Positions 1-7,651 of a stretch of DNA of 55,698 nt are shown in pieces. Each line of letters opens with the position of its first letter. Position 1 is the stretch's first letter. This stretch comes from Dehalococcoidia bacterium (GTDB taxonomy: Bacteria; Chloroflexota; Dehalococcoidia; DSTF01; WHTK01), in NCBI GenBank assembly GCA_035714925.1, contig DASTLN010000226.1, forward strand, positions 1 to 55,698, read 5' to 3'. Made by a program: the position numbers and the translations under genes. Below the pieces are notes generated by a model that saw nothing but the letters and a program-made list of their open reading frames with translations, was not told the DNA's origin and did no database searches.

Positions 1-476
1 TCCACACCGACAGCCAGGCAGACTCGTTGAACCGCGCCGTTAGCGCAGAGGCGTTCACGACCGGAAACGACATCTTCTTCCGCAGCGGTAGCTACAGCCC
101 CGGCAGCGACGATGGTCAGAAACTGCTGGCGCATGAGCTGACCCACGTGGTCCAGCAACGCAACGCCCCTCCGACTTCCGAGATGACCGTCAGCAGCCCG
201 GATGACGCCTCCGAGCGCGAGGCGAGCGCCGTCGCCGACTCCTATGGCTCGCAGTCTGCGGAGGCGGCCGCAGTGAGCCGGGAAGCGATGCCGGAGGAAG
301 AGGAGATGCTGCAAGGCTCCTTCGTCGACCGGCAGGGCATGGAGGAAGAAGAGCTGGTCCAAGGCTCCTTCATCGATCGGGAGAGTATGCCCGAAGAGGA
401 GGAAATGCTGCAGGGGTCCTACCTTGACCGGCAGGAGATACCCGAGGACGAGGAAGCCCGCCAGGACCAGGCCTGA
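1..476 (+). CDS. DUF4157 (eCIS core domain) protein, 5' partial, HExxH motif, acidic tandem-repeat tail
   Basis: The frame is open to the window edge, so the TTG at 27 is an ORF-caller artefact. The translation ..[52 protein letters not shown] matches the DUF4157 signature as I remember it (HT..A....A.AfT.G.dI.F....y.P....G..[12 protein letters not shown]). Stop is TGA at 474-476. Confidence 0.75.
   Translation, partial: HTDSQADSLNRAVSAEAFTTGNDIFFRSGSYSPGSDDGQKLLAHELTHVVQQRNAPPTSEMTVSSPDDASEREASAVADSYGSQSAEAAAVSREAMPEEEEMLQGSFVDRQGMEEEELVQGSFIDRESMPEEEEMLQGSYLDRQEIPEDEEARQDQA
288..455 (+). repeat. In-frame tandem peptide repeat, about 3 copies of M(P)EEEE(M/L)(L/V)QGS(F/Y)xDR(Q/E)x
   Basis: The copies read directly as [17 protein letters not shown] / [16 protein letters not shown] / [17 protein letters not shown], followed by a degenerate [12 protein letters not shown]. 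Confidence 0.85.
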
Positions 477-740
477 CGAAGCCCGCCTCGGCAACCATCC
501 TCGGGCTGATGGTCGAAGGCCCGAGCGCTCTCTTTCGACTCACCTACTAGACACGCCTCGTGCCGCCTAGGCATCTGCGTCGATTTGACGTGCCTCGAAA
601 GTCCGGCAAGTTAGCGATGGAGTGGGGTTAACTGCCCCCAGCACACGCGAGCCTGTCGCGAGCTTCAGCCCACGAAGCGGCCCGGCTCAATCCGCTTTCA
701 ATTTTTCCTCAATCGCCGCTGACTAATCTCCGGCATAGCG

Positions 741-1661
741 ATGCTAAACGAGCTCGACGAGACTCTAAAGACCCTGCTCTTGCAGGATCTTCCGCGCGTG
801 ACCGAGCGCATCGAAGCGGATGGCTTCGATGTGAGTTTCGATGTGCCGAATCGGGAGTTCCGGTCTCGACTGACACGGCCGACACTCTCGCTGTACCTGT
901 ACAACATCCAGGAGAACCGTGACCTGCGGGGACGGACCTGGGACCGGCGCCACGATAACGGCAGCGTGACCACGCACCGGCCGCCCGTACGCCTCGATTG
1001 CAACTACATGGTTACGGCATGGTCCAACGAGGTCGAGGACGAGCATCGCCTCCTGACGGGGGCGACACGCGTGCTGTTCCGCAATCCGATCTTGCCGGTC
1101 GACGTGCTGCAGGGCGAGTTGGCCGGAAACATCGAGATCATGACCGAGGTCGCGCAGCCGGAGAGCTTCAAGGACGTCGTCGACATCTGGAGCGTGCTCG
1201 ACAACGACCTGCATCCATCCGTGCGGGTTAAGATCACGATCCCGCTGGAACTCGATGTTGAATACACGACGCCATCAATAACGAGTCACGACATCGGGGT
1301 GGACGACCCGTCATGGCAACCTGGACCGACGCGACCGATGCGGATGTCGGGGCGAGTCGAGCGCGATGGGCAGCCCGTGGCGGGCGCCCTGGTACGCGCG
1401 GACACCTCATCTGCCACGACGGACGAAAACGGCGAATACACGCTGCGCAGCGTGACGCCGGGACGCCAGCTGCTGTTCGTGCGTGAAGGCGAAAACTTCC
1501 ATCAACTCGCAGTGGACCTGCCCCAGGACATCAACGTCACGCTACCGAGCGCAAACGACGAGGCCGGGGGCAGTGGTGAGAGCAACGATGACGACGACTC
1601 AACGCCGCCATCCGGCGGCAGCGAACGTCGGCGAAGACCAAGGAACCGAGAGCAGGAATAA
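741..1661 (+). CDS. DUF4255 (Afp16/Pvc16-like) tail terminator/cap protein with C-terminal carboxypeptidase-regulatory-like Ig domain and charged tail
   Basis: The N-terminus MLNELDETLKTLLLQDLP.. is typical of DUF4255. The C-terminal segment GRVERDGQPVAGALVRADTSSATTDENGEYTLRSVTPGRQLLFV fits the CarboxypepD_reg pattern. It sits directly upstream of the sheath gene, as in eCIS loci. Confidence 0.75.
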   Translation: MLNELDETLKTLLLQDLPRVTERIEADGFDVSFDVPNREFRSRLTRPTLSLYLYNIQENRDLRGRTWDRRHDNGSVTTHRPPVRLDCNYMVTAWSNEVEDEHRLLTGATRVLFRNPILPVDVLQGELAGNIEIMTEVAQPESFKDVVDIWSVLDNDLHPSVRVKITIPLELDVEYTTPSITSHDIGVDDPSWQPGPTRPMRMSGRVERDGQPVAGALVRADTSSATTDENGEYTLRSVTPGRQLLFVREGENFHQLAVDLPQDINVTLPSANDEAGGSGESNDDDDSTPPSGGSERRRRPRNREQE

Positions 1662-1706
1662 GGCCGGCGAAAGACGCTGGGCAAGGCTCCCCGAGGAGGA
1701 GAAGAG

Positions 1707-3314
1707 ATGCCAACAACCTATCAGGCACCAGGGGTCTACGTAGAGGAGGTACCGGGCGGTAGCCGGCCGATCGAGGGCGTCGGCACTTCGGTGGCGGCCT
1801 TCGTCGGCTTCGCCGAGAAGGGGCCTGTGGACGAGCCGGTCCGTGTCACCAACTGGACCCAGTACACGAACACGTTCGGCGGGTTCGTCAAGAGCGGCTA
1901 CATGCCGCTATCCGTCTACGGCTTCTTCGCCAACGGCGGCGGCAACGCCTGGGTGATCCGAGTCGGCGGTGACGTGGTTTCGACGCCCGCGATCGCGGCG
2001 CTACCGGCACGCGCCGGAGCCGAAGTGGACTCGCTACGAATCACCTCGAAGCTCACCGGCATGGACGCTAACGACATCACGGTCGAGATCGCAGCGGAAT
2101 CGCCCGCCGCGCCACCGGAGGAGCCGGCCGAAGGTGAATCCGCAGAAGCCAGCGGCGGCGGTGGCAGCGCCGAGGAGCCACGATTCCGGATCACGGTACA
2201 GCGGCCGGGCGGCGCCGCGGAGGTCTTCGACAACCTGACCCTGCGACGCGGTGACGCGCGCAACGCCGTGGACGTGATCAACGCCGAGTCCGGCTCGCAG
2301 TTCATCTCTATAGAGGACCTGGCGCCGCGCGGTCTGTCGATCGCCGACCGCGTGCCGACACCGGGCAACTACCCGCTCTCCGGCGGCACCGAAGCGCTGA
2401 CCTCCCTGGCGCCGTCAGACTTCCAGGGCTCCGTGGCAACGCGAAGCGGCATCGAAGGGCTGGAAGCGCTGGACGACGTGACGATGGTCCTGGCCCCGGA
2501 CATCATGAAGGCGTACCAGGACGGGCACCTGGACGTCGACGGCGTGATCTCCCTGCAGAAGGCGATGCTCGGCCACTGCGCGCGAATGGGCGACCGCGTC
2601 GCTATCCTCGACACACCGCCAGACCTGGACCCGACGCAGGTTGACGAATGGAAGACCAACATCGCACGCCTGATCTCGGACGACGGCTACGGTGCGCTCT
2701 ACTACCCCTGGATCAAAGTGGACGACCCCGCGATCAAGGGGACGAGCTTCATCCCGCCCAGCGGCCACATGGCCGGCGTCTGGGCCCGCACCGATAACCG
2801 CCGTGGCGTCCACAAGGCACCCGCTAACGAAGAGGTCATCGGGGCCATCGATGTCGAGACGAACGTCACGCACGCCGAGCTCGGGACGCTGAACGTCAAG
2901 AGCATCAACTGCATCCGAGCCTTCCCAGGCCGCGGCATTCGCGTCTGGGGCGCTCGCACCCTGGCCGAGGCGGCCTCCGAGTGGCGCTACCTCAACGTGC
3001 GTCGCTTGTTCAACTTCGTCGAGGCGTCAATCGAAAACGGCACGCAGTGGGTGGTGTTCGAGCCGAACGACCAGCGACTCTGGGGCGCGGTCAAGCGCGA
3101 CATCAGCGCCTTCCTGACGCGAGTCTGGGGGACCGGAGCGCTGTTCGGCACCACGGCATCTGAGGCGTTCTACGTCAAGTGCGACCGCGAGACTAACCCG
3201 CCGGAGATCATCGACGCCGGCATGATGGTCTGCGAAATCGGCATCGCGCCGGTGAAGCCGGCGGAGTTCATCATCTTCCACATCCGGCAGATCACGCCCG
3301 GGGCCACCGAGTAG
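1707..3314 (+). CDS. Contractile tail sheath protein (Afp2-4 / P2 FI-like)
   Basis: MPTTYQAPGVYVEEVPGGSRPIEGVGTSVAAFVG is the classic sheath N-terminus, and conserved C-terminal sheath blocks are present (INCIRAFPGRGIRVWGARTL). RBS GAGGAGGAG lies at 1693-1701. Confidence 0.93.
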   Translation: MPTTYQAPGVYVEEVPGGSRPIEGVGTSVAAFVGFAEKGPVDEPVRVTNWTQYTNTFGGFVKSGYMPLSVYGFFANGGGNAWVIRVGGDVVSTPAIAALPARAGAEVDSLRITSKLTGMDANDITVEIAAESPAAPPEEPAEGESAEASGGGGSAEEPRFRITVQRPGGAAEVFDNLTLRRGDARNAVDVINAESGSQFISIEDLAPRGLSIADRVPTPGNYPLSGGTEALTSLAPSDFQGSVATRSGIEGLEALDDVTMVLAPDIMKAYQDGHLDVDGVISLQKAMLGHCARMGDRVAILDTPPDLDPTQVDEWKTNIARLISDDGYGALYYPWIKVDDPAIKGTSFIPPSGHMAGVWARTDNRRGVHKAPANEEVIGAIDVETNVTHAELGTLNVKSINCIRAFPGRGIRVWGARTLAEAASEWRYLNVRRLFNFVEASIENGTQWVVFEPNDQRLWGAVKRDISAFLTRVWGTGALFGTTASEAFYVKCDRETNPPEIIDAGMMVCEIGIAPVKPAEFIIFHIRQITPGATE

Positions 3315-3365
3315 ACGGCTCCCGGACGATTGAAGCGGCTATAGGCATAAGCAAGGAGTAGAGAC

Positions 3366-3824
3366 ATGCCAGACTTCTTCATTCCCGGCTTGCAGGACCC
3401 CCACGTAGTACACCACTTCGCGCTGGAGGTTCAGGGTGACGTCAAGGGGACGTTCCAGGAATGCACCGGTATGGAAACCAGCAACGAGGTTATCGAGCAC
3501 CGAGAGACCGACTTGCAGGGCAAGCAGCAACTGACGAAGATCCCCGGCCAGCTGAAGGTGGGCGACATCACGCTGAAGCGCGGCGTGACAGACGATACCT
3601 TCCTCTTCGACTGGCGCCAGCAGATCCTCAACGGCCAGGTCGACCTCGCCCGCAAGGACGGCTCGATCATCCTCCAGGACTCGATGGACCAGCAGGTCGC
3701 GCGGATCAACTTCACGCGGGCCTGGCCTCAGAAGTACAAGACCGGAGACTTCAAGGCCACCGAGAACAGCATCCTGATCGAGGAGGTTACCCTCGCAGTC
3801 GAGATGATTGAGAGAGCTCCGTGA
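3366..3824 (+). CDS. Tail tube protein (T4 gp19 / Afp1-like)
   Basis: It is 152 aa and directly follows the sheath gene. The FALEVQGDV.GTFQECTGMET pattern is typical of the conserved phage tail region tube family. RBS AAGGAG lies at 3352-3357. Confidence 0.85.
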   Translation: MPDFFIPGLQDPHVVHHFALEVQGDVKGTFQECTGMETSNEVIEHRETDLQGKQQLTKIPGQLKVGDITLKRGVTDDTFLFDWRQQILNGQVDLARKDGSIILQDSMDQQVARINFTRAWPQKYKTGDFKATENSILIEEVTLAVEMIERAP

Positions 3825-4216
3825 CCAATCTCCAGACGGAGTTCGACTTCATCCTGCCGAGAGGCTACGTCGACCGCAGCGGCACTGTGCACCGAAAGGG
3901 CCGCATGCGGTTGGCGACGGCGATGGACGAGATCACGCCGTTACGCGACCCGAGGGTGAGGCAGAACCAGGCTTACCACACGATCATCCTGCTGGCCCGC
4001 GTGGTCACCGAGTTGGGGACGCTGCCAGCGGCCGATACAGGTGTGATGGAAGGGCTGTTCACTGCCGACCTCGCGTTTCTGCAGGAGCTCTACCGCACAA
4101 AAAACGAGCTGGTGGGGCCGGACGCCGGAGAGGTACGGTGTCCCGCCTGCGGCGAGCACTTCGTCCCGCTGGCCGATACAGCGGAGGCCGTGGCAAACGC
4201 TGGCCCTTTAGTGTGA
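3821..4216 (+). CDS. P2 gpE-like tail assembly chaperone with C-terminal CxxC element
   Basis: The GTG start overlaps the tube stop (GTGA). The pattern GRMRLATAMDEI...ILLARVVTELGTL..ADTGVMEGLFTADLAFLQELY resembles the gpE / Phage_TAC_7 pattern (LR.pT.gd...lia.l.......i..L...Dy..Lq..y). Its position between the tube gene and the tape-measure-position gene also fits. Confidence 0.6.
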   Translation: MTNLQTEFDFILPRGYVDRSGTVHRKGRMRLATAMDEITPLRDPRVRQNQAYHTIILLARVVTELGTLPAADTGVMEGLFTADLAFLQELYRTKNELVGPDAGEVRCPACGEHFVPLADTAEAVANAGPLV

Positions 4217-4249
4217 GCGGACAGGAGGGCGAAGAACCCTGGCCTTTCC
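4204..4249 (+). promoter_or_regulatory. Candidate -1 programmed ribosomal frameshift signal: slippery heptamer C CCT TTA plus downstream stem-loop
   Basis: CCCTTTA at 4204-4210 is in the X XXY YYZ register of the 3821 frame, four codons before its stop. The A-site codon TTA is rare-looking for this GC-rich sequence. After an 8-nt spacer there is an imperfect stem-loop, GGACAGG-AGGG-cgaagaa-CCCT-gg-CCTTTCC, at 4219-4249. The -1 frame stays open to 4461. Confidence 0.45.
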
Positions 4250-4461
4250 AGATGTTGGGCCGGACCTGGGGCTCGGTTGGATACGACGAGTCGCAGATTT
4301 CGGAGGAGGTGGCGTACATCGCGTACCACTTCCACTGGCCGCTGGAGCAGATCCTGGAGCTGCAGCACTCCGACCGCCGTCGCTGGGCTCAGCTGATCAG
4401 CGGGATCAACGAGCGGATGAACGAGGAGGCCGGCAATCTGATGACGGCTTCCGGCCGGTAG
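4213..4461 (+). CDS. Small ORF: either an independent 69-82 aa protein or the E'-like -1 frameshift extension of the chaperone
   Basis: The frame is open from upstream. Candidate starts are GTG 4213 (GTGA overlap) or ATG 4252, and neither has a convincing SD. The translated tail GYDESQISEEVAYIAYHFHWPLEQILELQHSDRRRWAQLISGINERMNEE looks like a real folded peptide, unlike the Arg/Pro-rich upstream part of the same frame. Confidence 0.55.
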   Translation: MSGQEGEEPWPFQMLGRTWGSVGYDESQISEEVAYIAYHFHWPLEQILELQHSDRRRWAQLISGINERMNEEAGNLMTASGR

Positions 4462-4473
4462 CACAGAGGAACC

Positions 4474-4641
4474 ATGTCTGAGAGCCAGCCGATGCAACAG
4501 CCCGAAGCCGCGGAGAGCGAGCGTGTCCCCGACCTCGACCCGCGACAGGAAGAGCAGCTGACGGATCTCGTCTACCGGCTTCTGCGAAACGAGATCATGC
4601 GTGGACGAGAGCGTAGCGGCGAGCGACCGGTACGGAGATAG
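4474..4641 (+). CDS. 55-aa acidic/basic small protein (not in the supplied ORF track, below 60 aa)
   Basis: ATG at 4474 has AGAGGA 4-9 nt upstream. It translates as MSESQPMQQPEAAESERVPDLDPRQEEQLTDLVYRLLRNEIMRGRERSGERPVRR. It fills the gap between neighbouring genes, and its C-terminal motif recurs at the C-terminus of the 5093..6976 product. Confidence 0.5.
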   Translation: MSESQPMQQPEAAESERVPDLDPRQEEQLTDLVYRLLRNEIMRGRERSGERPVRR

Positions 4642-4644
4642 ACG

Positions 4645-5091
4645 ATGACGACCTTGCCGGGCAACGACGTCACCAGCAAGACGGCGGCCACTCAGCGCTT
4701 CTCGGTCGAGATAGATGGCTCGATCGCGGCGACCTTCAGCGAGTGCTCCGGCCTTGCGGTGCAGATCGCCACGGAGAAGTACGAAGAGGGCGGCGATAAC
4801 GGCGTGACGCTGAAGTTCCAGGGCAGGGTCGATTACACGAACATCGTGCTCAAACACGGCATTACGGAGTCAGCCGACCTGTTCGACTGGCTGTTGAGGA
4901 TCGTTCGGGGCGAATATGCCCGCAAGAACATTTCGGTCCGGGTCCTGACTTCAGACCTCTCGGAGATTCGCAGCTGGCAGTTCAAGGGCGCGTTTCCCGT
5001 GAAGTGGACAGGGCCAACACTCAATGCGACGTCGAGCTCGATCGCGATTGAAACGCTGGAGCTGGCACACGAAGGGTTTGTGACGGTCTAA
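4645..5091 (+). CDS. Second tail tube paralog (Afp5-like)
   Basis: It is 148 aa. The segment FSVEIDGSIAATFSECSGLAV...ITLKHGITES.DLFDWL parallels the first tube protein (FALEVQGDVKGTFQECTGMET...ITLKRGVTDDTFLFDW). Confidence 0.85.
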   Translation: MTTLPGNDVTSKTAATQRFSVEIDGSIAATFSECSGLAVQIATEKYEEGGDNGVTLKFQGRVDYTNIVLKHGITESADLFDWLLRIVRGEYARKNISVRVLTSDLSEIRSWQFKGAFPVKWTGPTLNATSSSIAIETLELAHEGFVTV

Positions 5092-5092
5092 C

Positions 5093-6976
5093 GTGACGAA
5101 CGAGAGAGATGGGCGGCCGATGTGGGGACGGCGGGACTGGTCCGGCTTGGCCCTCCGCCGCGCCAGCCGATGGCAGAGCCGCGGGACGGCACCGCGACCG
5201 GCATCGATCGGGCGGACGGTGAGGCAGCCCACGCTGCGACTCTTCGGTGCCGGGGCGCATCCGGGTCTGTCCATGGCGACCGCGCTGCCACGCTCGCTAC
5301 CGCTGGTCTTACGCCTGAAGCCGCCTGTGCGACCCGTCGGTCCCCCAATGCTGACAGTGCAAAGCAGCCTGCCCGCCGAAGCCGGCCCGAGCGCCCAACT
5401 GCCTGCTTTCAGCGGAGTAACGGCCAGCCAAACCGAAACGCAAGGCGTAGCGCCCGTGCCGGAGCCGCCGCGGGTGCAGGAGAAGCCCTCGCTGGTCAGC
5501 CAGGCTCTGCGGATATTGCGTAGGCAGGCTCCGCCAGCCGAGACAGAGCAGCCTCAGCCGTCTCCAGCGGTGGCAACGGGGGTAACTCCCGACGAAGCGG
5601 CACCCGCCGAGCCCGCGCGCTCCAGCGTCGAGACGCCAACACCGGCTCCGGTCGCTACTCGGCGGGCAGCACCGGCGCGGCCTGAGACACCGCGGGTCCT
5701 GCGACACACGACAGAGGCGCCTGCGGAGGCCACTTCGGAGCTGCCGGGAATCGCGCGTCAGCCGGAAGCACTGGATGCGCCGCAAAGACAGATTGCGAGC
5801 GCGCCGGAAGTCATCGAGGCTGAACAACCGACCGTGGCCGCAGAGAGGCCAACACCGCCCATGCCGAATTCTCAGAGGGCAGCGGGGCCTCGGCGCAGCG
5901 GCCTGCTTTATACCGTGCGGCGCGTCCTGCAGCGCGAGCCGACCAGCGCCGCTTTGGAGCCCGCAACACCGCAGGCGGCAAGCAGCGCATCGTCGCAGGC
6001 CCCATCCCCTCTCGCGAGCGAGCGCCAGGCAACGCCGAGGGAGACGCCGTCAACCGAGCCGGCGGCGCAAGAGGCGGGACCGCAGCGACACGAGACGGCA
6101 CAGGCGCCGGCCTACGCCGAGACGCCGCCACGCGGCGAGACGAATCCGCAGCCGGCCAGGCGCAGCGGGCCGTTGCTGACGTTGCGGCGGCTGTTCCGCC
6201 CCGATCCAGAGCCACCCGTTGAACGGCGGTCGGAGCTAGGCCAGGCCTTCACGTCCGACTCGCGTGAACCGGTGGTCCAACCGCACACACTCCGCGAGGA
6301 CCGGCTACCCGGCGAGCTGTTGCTGACTCCCGGAACACCGGCTCCGGCGACGCCGGTGATGCGCTCCGAGACCACCGAGACCGTGCGGGCGCTGGCGCGA
6401 CCACGGGCGGTCCAAACGGCCGGTTCGGCCGCGACCTCGGCCGCTACGGCAGCGACTCTCCAGGAGACGGCGACGACCCAGACGAGCCCAACGGCGAACT
6501 CACCTTCAACCGTGGTCGCCGAGCCGGTAGGGAGATCGGCTTCCGTGCCTACCGTGGACCGCAGCGACGCGGCAGGAACACGGACACGCGCGGCGCCGCG
6601 TTCGATGGTCTCGCCGCCGGCAACGTCTTTGGTGTACCTGGCCCGCAAGCCTTCGGCCGCGGCAGGGCGCGTTCCGGAGGGCATGACCACGTTCGAGGTA
6701 CCCCAGGAAGACCTGCGGTCGCTGGGGATCGCGGCGGCAGGCGACCCGGATCGAGGGGGCGATGTGCGGACGATCGCACGGGCCGTGTCGGTGTCAGATG
6801 TTGCCGCCGCAAGAGGCGCCACGGACGCCGCGAATGGCGACGAGACGAACGGCGAAGCCTCGCGAGGTGAGGTCAACCTGGAAACGCTAGCGCGACGGGT
6901 CTACGACCGTATACGCAATCGCCTGCGCATCGAGCGCGAACGCAGCGGGCTGAGCTCCGGGATTGTGGGCCGATGA
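5093..6976 (+). CDS. Pro/Ala/Thr/Glu-rich low-complexity protein in the tape-measure position (Afp14-like by position only)
   Basis: This is a long ORF between the second tube gene and the LysM gene. The start is uncertain: GTG 5093 or ATG 5273 (MATALPRSLPLVLRLKPP). Three basic motifs are present (SQALRILRRQ, RRSGLLYTVRRVLQ, RRSGPLLTLRRLFR), along with a conserved-looking C-terminus LETLARRVYDRIRNRLRIERERSG. Confidence 0.6.
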   Translation: MTNERDGRPMWGRRDWSGLALRRASRWQSRGTAPRPASIGRTVRQPTLRLFGAGAHPGLSMATALPRSLPLVLRLKPPVRPVGPPMLTVQSSLPAEAGPSAQLPAFSGVTASQTETQGVAPVPEPPRVQEKPSLVSQALRILRRQAPPAETEQPQPSPAVATGVTPDEAAPAEPARSSVETPTPAPVATRRAAPARPETPRVLRHTTEAPAEATSELPGIARQPEALDAPQRQIASAPEVIEAEQPTVAAERPTPPMPNSQRAAGPRRSGLLYTVRRVLQREPTSAALEPATPQAASSASSQAPSPLASERQATPRETPSTEPAAQEAGPQRHETAQAPAYAETPPRGETNPQPARRSGPLLTLRRLFRPDPEPPVERRSELGQAFTSDSREPVVQPHTLREDRLPGELLLTPGTPAPATPVMRSETTETVRALARPRAVQTAGSAATSAATAATLQETATTQTSPTANSPSTVVAEPVGRSASVPTVDRSDAAGTRTRAAPRSMVSPPATSLVYLARKPSAAAGRVPEGMTTFEVPQEDLRSLGIAAAGDPDRGGDVRTIARAVSVSDVAAARGATDAANGDETNGEASRGEVNLETLARRVYDRIRNRLRIERERSGLSSGIVGR

Positions 6977-6998
6977 TGCTGCCAGGAGGCCGGTTCTC

Positions 6999-7649
6999 AT
7001 GGCGCTGATGAAGGCCCTGATGATGGCGGTCGACCCGCCGGGCGGTCAGATCATCTTCCAGTACAACCCGACCAAGTACTCGGTGAAGAAGTCGGTCGAG
7101 TGGAAGGCGGGCGAGCAGAAGGGCGCAAACGTGCCGCCGCTGGAGTTCGTCAAGGGTAGCGGCCGCGAGGTCATGATGGAGCTCTTCCTCGACGACCTGC
7201 AAGGGGAGTCGGTGCGGACGGTGCTGGACCAAGTGGCGCAGCTCGACGTCTATACGCGGCCCAACATGCTGAACGTCTGGGCTTCAGGCAAGCCGCGACC
7301 GCCGCGCGTCATGTTCATCTGGTCCAACGTGCACGCGAACTTCCGGGCCGTGATCACCGGCATGACGGTTAACTACACGATGTTCCACGACGACGGACGG
7401 CCTTCGCGCGCCACGGTGAACCTGACGCTCAAGGAGTGGCACGACACGCTGCTGCCGCAGAACCCGACCTCGATGGGGAGCGCCGGTATGAGGACGCACC
7501 GCGTGATCGGCGGCGAGACGCTGGACACGATTGCGTTCCAGGAGCTGGGGTCGGCGGCTCAGTGGCGTCACATCGCGGAGCTAAACAACATTGACGACCC
7601 GCTGTCGATCTGGCCGGGTCAGCATCTGATGATCGCGCCGCCGAGGTAA
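6999..7649 (+). CDS. LysM-domain tube-initiator/baseplate hub protein (Afp7 / P2 gpX-like)
   Basis: ATG at 6999 has AGGAGG at 6984-6989, so the TTG 6963 start in the track is rejected. The C-terminal LysM pattern is HRVIGGETLDTIAFQELGSAAQWRHIAELNNIDDPLSIWPGQHLMI. Confidence 0.85.
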   Translation: MALMKALMMAVDPPGGQIIFQYNPTKYSVKKSVEWKAGEQKGANVPPLEFVKGSGREVMMELFLDDLQGESVRTVLDQVAQLDVYTRPNMLNVWASGKPRPPRVMFIWSNVHANFRAVITGMTVNYTMFHDDGRPSRATVNLTLKEWHDTLLPQNPTSMGSAGMRTHRVIGGETLDTIAFQELGSAAQWRHIAELNNIDDPLSIWPGQHLMIAPPR

Positions 7650-7651
7650 TC

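Noticed and set aside
585-613. Promoter for the CIS operon (TTGACG at 585-590)
   Set aside because: No acceptable -10 hexamer is found at 16-19 nt spacing (AAGTTA or TTAGCG). The operon promoter therefore remains unassigned.
3808-4212. Upstream two-thirds of the 217-aa ORF 3808..4461
   Set aside because: The translation is Arg/Pro/Gly-rich noise overlapping the gpE-like gene. Only the 3' third (from about 4204-4252) looks like genuine protein sequence.
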